From an uncultured Isosphaeraceae bacterium (GTDB lineage Bacteria > Planctomycetota > Phycisphaerae > Phycisphaerales > SM1A02): a stretch of 64,000 nucleotides of DNA. The notes under the pieces are model-generated. The model was not told where the DNA came from. It did no database searches and worked only from the letters and a program-made list of their open reading frames with translations. Below are positions 56,319 through 64,000 of the stretch, one piece after another. The stretch lies in the NCBI GenBank assembly GCA_964592615.1, contig CAZQGB010000001.1, forward strand, positions 2,422-66,421, read 5' to 3'. Numbering within the stretch: the stretch's first letter is position 1; every line of letters starts with the position of its first letter. The position numbers were made by a program, and so were the translations under genes.

Positions 56319-57896
56319 TTGAGTTACACCGTATTAGCAAGACGTTACAGATCCTCAACATTTGAAGATATCATTGGACAAGAGCCAATAGCTCGAACCT
56401 TGCGCAATGCAATCGAATCAGATAGAACTGCACATGCATATTTATTTTCAGGAACTCGAGGCGTTGGCAAAACATCGATGGCTCGGATATTCGCGCGTGA
56501 ACTTAATAGTTCAGAAGATTTAACTCAGAAGGACGAAATCAGCGAAGCTATTTTGCGTGGCGAAGATTTAGATGTTATCGAAATTGATGGTGCGTCTAAC
56601 CGAGGTGTTCAGGAAGCCCGTGATTTGATAGCAGCATCTGGCTTGGCTCCTACGCGTTGCAAGTATCGTATTTATATTATCGATGAAGTGCATATGCTTA
56701 CTACTCCAGCATTTAATGCTCTTTTAAAAACAATGGAAGAGCCTCCGTCACATGTGAAGTTCATCTTATGTACTACGGAGCCCCACAAGGTGCCAGCAAC
56801 TATTCAAAGCAGGTGTCAAAGGTTTGACTTCAGGTCAATACCTTCTGCAAAAATCGCTACTCATCTTGACTTCATTTTAGGCGAGGAAGGTATAGATGCT
56901 GCGCCAGAAGTTGTTTCGCAAGTTGCTAGGCTTGGAAATGGTTCAATGAGAGATGCGTTGTCCATTCTCGATCGTCTTCTTGCTGGAGGTGTATCGACAA
57001 TTAAAGTAGACGAAATGGAAGAATCGTTGGGGCTGCCTTCACAAGTTGCAGTAACACAACTTTGTGATGCCGTTTCAAATAAAGATATACAAGGGGCGTT
57101 AGAATCAGCTGATGAGTTGTTACTCTCAGGAATCTCATTAGACCGTGTGCTTGAAGTCGTTGCGTTAACGTTTCGAAATGCACTGATTTCGAAGGTGTGT
57201 GGGACAGAGACAGAGTTGCTCGAACTCTCAGATGATGTGCGAATAAGTGTTGCACGTTTAGGCGACTGCTTTGATGAAGCCACAATGACTCATCTCATTG
57301 CGCTCTGTGATGCTTCGAGTAGGCAAGTGCGTCGTGGCGGTTCTGGAAGAGCATTGTTTGACGCGACGATTGCTCGGTTATGTCTTGTAGGTGAGGTCGC
57401 GGAAGCTGGATCTGTCCTTACGTCAAATCTAAGTGGTACAGAAATCAAAAAAAAAAGCATAGCTCCTCAAGTCAGCCGTCCACCAATTGTTGAGACAGTG
57501 TCCGAACCACCTGTTGGGGAGCCTTCTTCTCCTCCTGAAGTGAATTGGGAAGCATTGCAGTCATTGATTTCGAAAACCGCAGGTTTAAAAAAAATAACAA
57601 AATATTTAGTCTTCTCTTCTTTGGAGGACCAGAAACTCACATTGTCAATCTCTGATTCAGGTCGAGATTCAGTGAATTATATTTTGGCTCAGCGCCAGAA
57701 AATTGAGCAAATGTTGACCAAAGAACTTGGCATAAAATTTCAAGTCATTATCGATGCTTCACAACAATCGGGTCCTCCTGTAGCAATGGATTCTTCCTTT
57801 GAAGAAGTTGAAGAAGACGAACTCGTTAAAACTGCGAGGGGTTTGTTTGATGGGACAATTGTCCGTGTTAGGAGCACCAAGAAGGATGGCACATAA
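56319..57896 (+). CDS. dnaX: DNA polymerase III subunits tau/gamma
   Basis: ARRYRSSTFEDIIGQE, Walker A GTRGVGKTS, DEVHML and the SRCQRF sensor. TTG start 6 nt after AGGAGG (56307-56312). Confidence 0.95.
   Translation: MSYTVLARRYRSSTFEDIIGQEPIARTLRNAIESDRTAHAYLFSGTRGVGKTSMARIFARELNSSEDLTQKDEISEAILRGEDLDVIEIDGASNRGVQEARDLIAASGLAPTRCKYRIYIIDEVHMLTTPAFNALLKTMEEPPSHVKFILCTTEPHKVPATIQSRCQRFDFRSIPSAKIATHLDFILGEEGIDAAPEVVSQVARLGNGSMRDALSILDRLLAGGVSTIKVDEMEESLGLPSQVAVTQLCDAVSNKDIQGALESADELLLSGISLDRVLEVVALTFRNALISKVCGTETELLELSDDVRISVARLGDCFDEATMTHLIALCDASSRQVRRGGSGRALFDATIARLCLVGEVAEAGSVLTSNLSGTEIKKKSIAPQVSRPPIVETVSEPPVGEPSSPPEVNWEALQSLISKTAGLKKITKYLVFSSLEDQKLTLSISDSGRDSVNYILAQRQKIEQMLTKELGIKFQVIIDASQQSGPPVAMDSSFEEVEEDELVKTARGLFDGTIVRVRSTKKDGT
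57447..57456 (+). other. A10 homopolymer: candidate frameshift / transcriptional-slippage site in dnaX
   Basis: Codons 377-379 AAA AAA AAA followed by AGC. In the -1 frame a TGA follows after 12 codons (57491-57493). In the +1 frame it reads GCA then TAG (57460-57462). Confidence 0.4.
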
Positions 57897-58534
57897 TGTC
57901 TCTTCGTGATTCCAAGGGTACTCCTATGCCAGTACGTAGATTGCTTGATGGTTTGACTAGACTGCCAGGCATTGGTAAACGGAGTGCGGAACGAATTGCT
58001 TTTTTTCTCATAAAAGATGATGCTGAGCATGCGCTTGAACTTAGCCAATCAATTGCAGATGTGAAGCAACGCATTGTGTGCTGTGATGTATGTAATAACA
58101 TCGCAGATACTGCTCCGTGTGCAATTTGCCAAGATACGCAACGAGATGCTTCGACTGTACTTGTCGTTGAACAGCCAAGGGACCTTATTCGATTGGAGGC
58201 AACTGCAATGTATAAGGGTGTCTACCATGTCTTGACAGGAAGGATTGATCCTCTTGCGGGTGTTGAGGCAGTTGATTTAACTGTAGATGTTTTGTTGCAG
58301 CGTGTTGATAATCCAGATAGAAACGCAAGGGGAGTTGCAGTTAAGGAAGTTATTCTAGGTTTAAACCCAAACCTTGAAGGAGATAGTACATCTTTGTTTC
58401 TTGCTAATGAACTGGCGTCTCGAGGGATCAGAGTAACTCGGCTCGCTCGAGGATTGCCAAGTGGTTCACAGATTGAATATGCTAACACGCAAGTACTTTC
58501 CGATGCTATTTCTGGCAGACAGGGTATGGAATAA
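57896..58534 (+). CDS. recR: recombination protein RecR
   Basis: LTRLPGIGKRSAERIAFFL helix-hairpin-helix, C4 zinc finger CCDVC...CAIC, and Toprim LVVEQPRD. TAATG overlap with dnaX. Confidence 0.95.
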   Translation: MSLRDSKGTPMPVRRLLDGLTRLPGIGKRSAERIAFFLIKDDAEHALELSQSIADVKQRIVCCDVCNNIADTAPCAICQDTQRDASTVLVVEQPRDLIRLEATAMYKGVYHVLTGRIDPLAGVEAVDLTVDVLLQRVDNPDRNARGVAVKEVILGLNPNLEGDSTSLFLANELASRGIRVTRLARGLPSGSQIEYANTQVLSDAISGRQGME

Positions 58535-58549
58535 TCTAAGGTTTTAAAT

Positions 58550-59998
58550 ATGAAATTTAAGATGGGACAAAACTTAAAGACAGGTCAGCAACTAACCCTT
58601 GCGCCCAGGATTATTCAGACGATGGAAATTATGCAACTTCCATTACCTGCTTTAGAAGAAAAAATTGAACAGGAGCTTGAATCAAATATCGCATTGGAAC
58701 TTGTTGAGCCAGAACCTGTAGAGTTGGATACTCAGGACATTGGAGATGATTCCGAAGGTGAATTTGGAAGACTTGAAGAATTTGAAGAACAAAGTGGTGC
58801 AGACTTTTCCGATCTCCCCCCGCGAAAAGCGCAACCACTTGACCGTGACCCAAAACTTGATGCAATGTCAAATATCCGTGCGAGGAAAGAAAGTTTGTCA
58901 GAAGTTCTTCTGCATCAATGGAGTTTCGCTGATGTTGAGGAACGAGCAGCAGTGGCAGGGAGAGTTCTAATTGGACTCATAGATGTGGATGGCTTCTTAA
59001 CACTTCCAGAAGAAGACATGCAACAGGCAATTCATTCTGAACTTCAACTTGATTATTCCTCTGAAGAAATTGAAGCCGTTATTCTTCTTTTGCAAAAATG
59101 GCTTGACCCACCTGGAATGGCCGCTCGCTCACTTCAAGAGTCTCTCCTTAATCAAGTGAACGAATTCATTGCTGATGACTCTGAGGGTTGGGGAGATGTG
59201 GCAATTGTTATAGAGTCGCATTTAGATGACTTGATTTCCAATCGTTTGCCAAAAGTGGCTTCCTCTTCAGGTATTGGGCTTGATAGAGTAAAGAGTGCCA
59301 TAGACAAAATGCATGAATTGACATTAAGCCCGGGTCGCCTTTTGGCTTCAGATAGAGTGCTCCCGGTTATTCCAGATGCCTTCATTCAATTTGATGACCT
59401 GCAAGACCACTATGTTGTAGGGATACGTTCGGGCAATATCCCACCGTTAAAAATATCAACGCAATATGAAACTATGTCGTCAGATCCTGGGACAGATGAC
59501 CGTGCTAAACATTTTATTCAGAGAAATATTAATGCTGCTCGTTGGCTTATTGAAGCAGTTGAACAGCGAAAGAAAACCCTCAGCAACATAGTTGAAATTG
59601 TTGCCGATCGTCAACGCGATTTTTTAGATCAGGGAGATGCATATCTACGGCCTTTGCCTATGGTTGAAGTGGCTGACATGCTTGGTATCCATGTTGCGAC
59701 CGTGAGTAGGGCAGTTTCTGACAAGTGGGTGCAGACACCAAGAGGCATTTTTCCACTACGAAGATTTTTCTCAGGCGGGACAGGTACTGATTCTGACGGA
59801 AAAATGAGTTGGGAGGCAGTGAAAACACGTTTGCAGGAAATAATCGACAACGAAGATAAAATGAACCCATTAAGCGATGATTCGCTAGCTAAGAAATTGC
59901 GGGAGCAGGGAATTGAGATTGCTCGGCGAACTGTCGTAAAGTACCGTCAGCAACTTGGGCTTCCTGCTGCTCGGTTGCGCAAGAAATTCTGGCTCTGA
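58550..59998 (+). CDS. rpoN: RNA polymerase sigma-54 factor
   Basis: N-terminal region I (LKTGQQLTLAPRIIQTMEIMQLP), and C-terminal HTH and RpoN box ARRTVVKYR. The stop lies inside the palindromic element. Confidence 0.95.
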   Translation: MKFKMGQNLKTGQQLTLAPRIIQTMEIMQLPLPALEEKIEQELESNIALELVEPEPVELDTQDIGDDSEGEFGRLEEFEEQSGADFSDLPPRKAQPLDRDPKLDAMSNIRARKESLSEVLLHQWSFADVEERAAVAGRVLIGLIDVDGFLTLPEEDMQQAIHSELQLDYSSEEIEAVILLLQKWLDPPGMAARSLQESLLNQVNEFIADDSEGWGDVAIVIESHLDDLISNRLPKVASSSGIGLDRVKSAIDKMHELTLSPGRLLASDRVLPVIPDAFIQFDDLQDHYVVGIRSGNIPPLKISTQYETMSSDPGTDDRAKHFIQRNINAARWLIEAVEQRKKTLSNIVEIVADRQRDFLDQGDAYLRPLPMVEVADMLGIHVATVSRAVSDKWVQTPRGIFPLRRFFSGGTGTDSDGKMSWEAVKTRLQEIIDNEDKMNPLSDDSLAKKLREQGIEIARRTVVKYRQQLGLPAARLRKKFWL

Positions 59999-60034
59999 GC
60001 CAACCTGGCTCAGAGCCAGGTTGGCTCAGAGCCA
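59990..60034. repeat. 45-nt perfect nested palindrome (REP-like element, copy 2)
   Basis: TGGCTCTGAGCCAACCTGGCTC-A-GAGCCAGGTTGGCTCAGAGCCA. It differs from copy 1 at positions 7/39 and 16/30, which are mirror partners. Confidence 0.9.
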
Positions 60035-60041
60035 GTAGTGG

Positions 60042-60608
60042 TTAGATAGTTTCAATTTCTTTTGCTTTTGTTTCGCACATTTCATCAATTTTAGAAACGT
60101 GCTTTTTAGTAGCATTTTCTATCTCATCTTTTCCATGCTTACCGTCATCTTCAGAAATTGCGTTACTCTTGTCTTTTACTAATGCATCGATATGTTTAAT
60201 GGCGTCTCGCCGCTCGTTACGAATAACAACCTTGCTTTCTTCAGCCATTTTCTTTATTTGGCTCACAAGTTGTGCTCTGCGTTCAGCAGAGGGAGCGGGG
60301 ATGTTGATTCGAATCATGTCGCCTTCAGATTGTGGATTCAGGCCTAAGTTTGCACTTTCGAGCCCCTTAATAATATCATTCTTGGAAGCTGGGTCGTAAG
60401 GTTTTACGATAAGTTGAGTTGCTTCACTTACAGAAATTGCGGCGATATCCTTTAGATCGGTAGGACTTCCATAGTAGTCAATTTTTACATACTCAATAAG
60501 AGCGGTCGTTGCTCTGCCTGTTCGAACGCCATGTAGCTCTTTGCCGAAGTAATTCACAGTCTTATCCATTCTCAATCGACAATCTTTTGTTTCGTCCTTA
60601 ATACTCAT
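60042..60608 (-). CDS. frr: ribosome recycling factor
   Basis: 188 aa; LHGVRTGRAT..., VKPYD, and the C-terminal coiled region typical of RRF. Confidence 0.95.
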   Translation of the reverse strand: MSIKDETKDCRLRMDKTVNYFGKELHGVRTGRATTALIEYVKIDYYGSPTDLKDIAAISVSEATQLIVKPYDPASKNDIIKGLESANLGLNPQSEGDMIRINIPAPSAERRAQLVSQIKKMAEESKVVIRNERRDAIKHIDALVKDKSNAISEDDGKHGKDEIENATKKHVSKIDEMCETKAKEIETI

Positions 60609-60614
60609 GTCGAA

Positions 60615-61349
60615 TTAGCCTTCTTCCGTTGTTACGAGGGTGCCGATAGTTTCACCGCTAATGACTTTGCAGATATTTCCATCGTTCTTAAAGTTAAAAA
60701 CAACAATAGGTAATTGATGTTCCATACACATTGAGAGAGCGGTAAGATCCATCACGCCTAATTGTTTGTTGATTGCATCTGAAAAGGTAATGCTATTATA
60801 TTTCGTTGCGCTCTTATCTTGCAAAGGATCATTTGTGTAGATGCCGTCGACTTTAGTTGCTTTAAGTAAAATATCTGCTTCAAGTTCGATAGCTCTTAAT
60901 GAGGCGCATGTGTCGGTTGTAAAGAATGGATTACCAGTTCCAGCAGCTAGAATCAGAACTCTGCCTTTTTCAAAATGTCGCAACGCTCTTGCTCGAATAA
61001 ATGGCTCAGCGACTGATTCGATATCGAGTGCAGACATTACTCTTGCGGATTGGCCTTGTTTTTCTATTGCTTCCTTAAGGGCAAGAGCATTGATCACGGT
61101 TCCAAGCATCCCCATGTAATCGGCGGTTGCTTGCGCGATGCCAATTCGACTTGCGAGTTCTGCGCCTCGGATAATGTTACCGCCACCGACGACGACGGCA
61201 ATTTCTGTTCCAAGTTTTGCTGCATCTGCTATTTGTCTAGCAATCGTGTTCAATTCATCTGGATTAATTCCAAGAGTTCCATTATTCGAAAAACTCTCGC
61301 CGCTGATTTTTAGGATGACTCGTTTATAATTTGGGGTTGTTGTGGTCAT
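60615..61349 (-). CDS. pyrH: UMP kinase
   Basis: YKRVILKISGE, VVGGGNIIRG, and ILAAGTGNPFFTTDT motifs. Confidence 0.95.
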   Translation of the reverse strand: MTTTTPNYKRVILKISGESFSNNGTLGINPDELNTIARQIADAAKLGTEIAVVVGGGNIIRGAELASRIGIAQATADYMGMLGTVINALALKEAIEKQGQSARVMSALDIESVAEPFIRARALRHFEKGRVLILAAGTGNPFFTTDTCASLRAIELEADILLKATKVDGIYTNDPLQDKSATKYNSITFSDAINKQLGVMDLTALSMCMEHQLPIVVFNFKNDGNICKVISGETIGTLVTTEEG

Positions 61350-61453
61350 AAATGTTGTCCTATATGGGCATTTGACTCTACAAACAGGGGTTCAGTCAAG
61401 AGCCACATAGCGTATGATGGATAAGATTCAAAGATTTAGTCACAAGAGGTTAC

Positions 61454-62452
61454 ATGAGGCAGCAACCAGATTCTTCACCAACTCGGGACAATCCAGCATT
61501 GAACCCACAAAACCGATCGACTGTAGATGCTATATCTCAGTTTAAAATTGCTGAGCGCTCTCGATGGAAAAAGAGAGTGCTTTCTTTTATATTTGTTGGC
61601 GCTCTCATATCTCTTCTCGTCCATATTAATCTTGGCTTTTTGCTGAGTTTCTTGCTGCGAGGTCGATACGAGGATCACTCTGAAGTTGTAACTACCACAA
61701 TTGAATTTGCACTTGAAGATTCGGAAGCTCTAAATGAAATACCTGAGGGGCAATTATTAAAACACAAATCTGTCCGAACAGAGGCAACTTCTGACTCTTT
61801 AGTTTCAACCCAGGCGAGTTTGACGGCGGATGTTTCGATGAGTTCGTTAAGTGCGTCAACGCAGACAATGACTCCATCCCTTGCTGGAGGTGGAGGAGGA
61901 TTAGGTGGAGGTTTGGGGGGATCTGGTGGAGGTACTTCTTTTTTTGGTATTTCTTCATCTGGCTCTAGCTTTTGTTATATTCTCGATATCTCTGGTTCAA
62001 TGAATCAGCAAGGGAGACTTGAATCAGCGAAAAAAGAACTGTATGCATCTTTGAAGAAACTTCCGGACTTTTCTCGTTTCTATATCTTGTTTTACAATAA
62101 TCGAATTCAAGAGCCAGCTAGGCAGAAGGGATGGAACACGGCTAGGGCATCTACGGTGAAGCGTATGGCGGAAGAGATTGAAAGTTTGAAAGCCGGTGGG
62201 GGTACAATTCCTGCACCAGCATTCGAACAAGCATTTATGTTGGACCCTTTGCCAGAAGTCATCTTTTTTTTAACAGATGGGCAAATCCGTGGCTTTGATG
62301 CTGAAGTACTACGCCTACTTATGCCAAAGAAATCAAGAGTTGTCGTTAATGCAATCGCTTTTGGCCATTCGGCTAATCAAGATGTAATGAAAGCCATAGC
62401 AACTATGACAGGCGGACAATACAAATTTGTACAACCGAAAGGTGCTCCATGA
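61454..62452 (+). CDS. membrane-anchored von Willebrand factor A (VWA) domain protein with Gly-rich linker
   Basis: TM helix (VLSFIFVGALISLLVHINLGFLL), GGGGGLGGGLGGSGGG linker, and complete MIDAS (DISGSM ... GGT ... LTDG). Confidence 0.8.
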   Translation: MRQQPDSSPTRDNPALNPQNRSTVDAISQFKIAERSRWKKRVLSFIFVGALISLLVHINLGFLLSFLLRGRYEDHSEVVTTTIEFALEDSEALNEIPEGQLLKHKSVRTEATSDSLVSTQASLTADVSMSSLSASTQTMTPSLAGGGGGLGGGLGGSGGGTSFFGISSSGSSFCYILDISGSMNQQGRLESAKKELYASLKKLPDFSRFYILFYNNRIQEPARQKGWNTARASTVKRMAEEIESLKAGGGTIPAPAFEQAFMLDPLPEVIFFLTDGQIRGFDAEVLRLLMPKKSRVVVNAIAFGHSANQDVMKAIATMTGGQYKFVQPKGAP

Positions 62453-63498
62453 TTCGTCTGTTCCTGCTTATCTGCTGGTTGTTACCGCCTTCACTTATTC
62501 AAGTTGTACATGGCGAAGTCATTGTCCTAAGAGATGGGCTTCCAGAGCTGAACGGGTCAATTCTCAGTGGAGGTAAGGGTGGCTTGCTGTTCAAAGAAGA
62601 GCACCAGAAAACAAAGACTATTCGAGTCCCATGGAGTTCAATTCTTCGAATTGAGACTGCCAAGCTAATGCCTCAACTTCAAGCTTTTCTTGATGACGGA
62701 GATCAATTGTGGAGAGCGAAGGTTCGCTTACTCAGAGGAGACATTGAGCTTTCAGAACCCATTTTTGCTTCCATGTTCAATAAATTATTAGGTGAAAATG
62801 GAGAAGATGCTCGCCTTGCAAGCGAAGGTTTACTTCGTGTATTGATTTCTCGTGGAGCCCTGAAACAGGCGCTCATTCCATGGCTTGAAACTGTCCGGCA
62901 TCAAGAACTTGGGGTAGCGTCCCCATTTATGACTTTGCAACCCATTCTTGATCCAGCAACAATGGCTTGCCCACATTTGCCAGTAGGAGCACTTTCTCCA
63001 GCTGATTTGAATACCCTAGAAACTTACACATTTACGAATGACACGATTGCTGCGGCACTTGCAGAATTATTGCAGAGGAGGTTTTTGCAACCCTCTTCGG
63101 GCGTACTTCTTCATGTTGAAGATCCTCAATTCATGGCGCAAATTCTTCAAGCATCAGATGGGTCGCAAGAGGCAATCCAGATACTCCAAAGCAGATTAAA
63201 AAAACTTCTGCCTTGGCAACAAGTTTGGGCACACTATTCCATAGGGGTTGGGCTACTACTCGAAAAGGATCTAACTTCTAGGGACAGAGGAATGCTTCAT
63301 CTAGCTATGGCTTCTTCTGTTGACCCAACACTTCAGCCATGGCTAACGGGAGCTTCAATGGTTTTGCTTTCTGAAGAATTGGCTAAAGATGGGGATGTGA
63401 TTCAAGCTAAGCGTATTTTGCACGAGGCAAAAAGGGTGTTTCCATCTCATCCAATGATTATTGAAAATAAAAATATTTATAGGGACACTATTCCATGA
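62449..63498 (+). CDS. secreted helical protein of unknown function (349 aa)
   Basis: Signal peptide MIRLFLLICWLLPPSLIQVVHG. ATGA overlaps with both neighbours. No recognised motif. Confidence 0.5.
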   Translation: MIRLFLLICWLLPPSLIQVVHGEVIVLRDGLPELNGSILSGGKGGLLFKEEHQKTKTIRVPWSSILRIETAKLMPQLQAFLDDGDQLWRAKVRLLRGDIELSEPIFASMFNKLLGENGEDARLASEGLLRVLISRGALKQALIPWLETVRHQELGVASPFMTLQPILDPATMACPHLPVGALSPADLNTLETYTFTNDTIAAALAELLQRRFLQPSSGVLLHVEDPQFMAQILQASDGSQEAIQILQSRLKKLLPWQQVWAHYSIGVGLLLEKDLTSRDRGMLHLAMASSVDPTLQPWLTGASMVLLSEELAKDGDVIQAKRILHEAKRVFPSHPMIIENKNIYRDTIP

Positions 63499-64000
63499 CA
63501 GAATCATTACATTTTTTTATTGTTACAGTTGCTGCTGATGACTCTTCGGCTACTTGGCTAAGTACTATTGGAAAGGGGGGGCCAGTTGGATATGTCATTA
63601 TCCTTTTGAGTTTCGTTGCTCTTGCGCTGGTCGTGATGCACATCCTTCAGATAAGAAGGACTTCTCTTTTACCCCAGCATCAACTAGACACCCTGGAAGA
63701 GTTGCTTGCAAATGGACATGTTGAGGATGCCTTAAATTATTGTGTTCACCCTGAAAATGATTCTTATTTAACAAGAATACTAGCCTCAGGTTTGCTACGT
63801 TATCAACGCTCTGCTTTTGGTCCTTTCGAACTTAAAAACGCCCTCGAAGAAGCGGGCGAAGATCAAACTTCAAGACTCTTTCGTTCGACTGATGCGCTTG
63901 GTCTAATTGGAACGATTGCTCCCTTGCTCGGGCTTTTGGGGACCGTCCTTGGTATGGTGGGAGCTTTTGAGACGATTGGACAAACGGCGTCGAACACTCA
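63495..64000 (+). CDS. MotA/TolQ/ExbB proton-channel protein (partial, continues past window end)
   Basis: TM1 GYVIILLSFVALALVVMHI and the conserved LGLIGTIAPLLGLLGTVLGMVGAF block. Confidence 0.85.
   Translation, partial: MTESLHFFIVTVAADDSSATWLSTIGKGGPVGYVIILLSFVALALVVMHILQIRRTSLLPQHQLDTLEELLANGHVEDALNYCVHPENDSYLTRILASGLLRYQRSAFGPFELKNALEEAGEDQTSRLFRSTDALGLIGTIAPLLGLLGTVLGMVGAFETIGQTASNT

Noticed and set aside
1-64000. Scan for CRISPR arrays, IS elements/transposases, integrases, phage genes, toxin-antitoxin pairs and rRNA
   Set aside because: No regularly spaced direct repeats, no transposase- or integrase-like ORFs, and no rRNA signatures were seen. The PIN/TRAM protein is the conserved membrane YacL type, not a VapC toxin with an antitoxin partner.

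Overview
Gene-dense chromosomal housekeeping region: about 60 CDS, one tRNA-Leu(GAG) and one small SRP RNA. Many genes are linked by ATGA/TAATG overlaps, and convergent genes usually abut or overlap. By eye the DNA is moderately AT-rich. The gene content suggests a PVC/Planctomycetota-like diderm, but that is inference only: dockerin-like and FG-GAP secreted proteins, sigma-54, dispersed RsbW/STAS/PP2C parts, isolated nuoB and nuoC, McsAB, KDO/LPS genes. I saw no CRISPR array, transposase, integrase, prophage or rRNA. Items worth a second look: (1) a kdsD-[HslV-like Ntn hydrolase]-kdsC-[999-aa membrane-anchored multi-OstA/LptA-like protein]-nuoC operon, possibly a single-polypeptide giant Lpt bridge. 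(2) An anti-sigma-type kinase and a STAS protein translationally coupled to an orphan MlaE permease. (3) A roughly 300-nt densely structured non-coding transcript with its own terminator at 1.5-1.8 kb. (4) Two copies of a 45-nt perfect nested palindrome whose differences are compensatory; both give the adjacent genes (glk, rpoN) a W-L-stop ending. (5) An A10 slippery run in dnaX at the domain III/linker boundary, with stops close by in both alternative frames. (6) An IF2-N-like module inside the K/R-rich tail of RNase E. (7) A kdsA-mcsA-mcsB-gluQ-DUF192 coupled operon. (8) A VWA-unknown-ExbB coupled operon cut by the window end. All functional calls rest on motif recognition in the supplied translations; no database search was possible.
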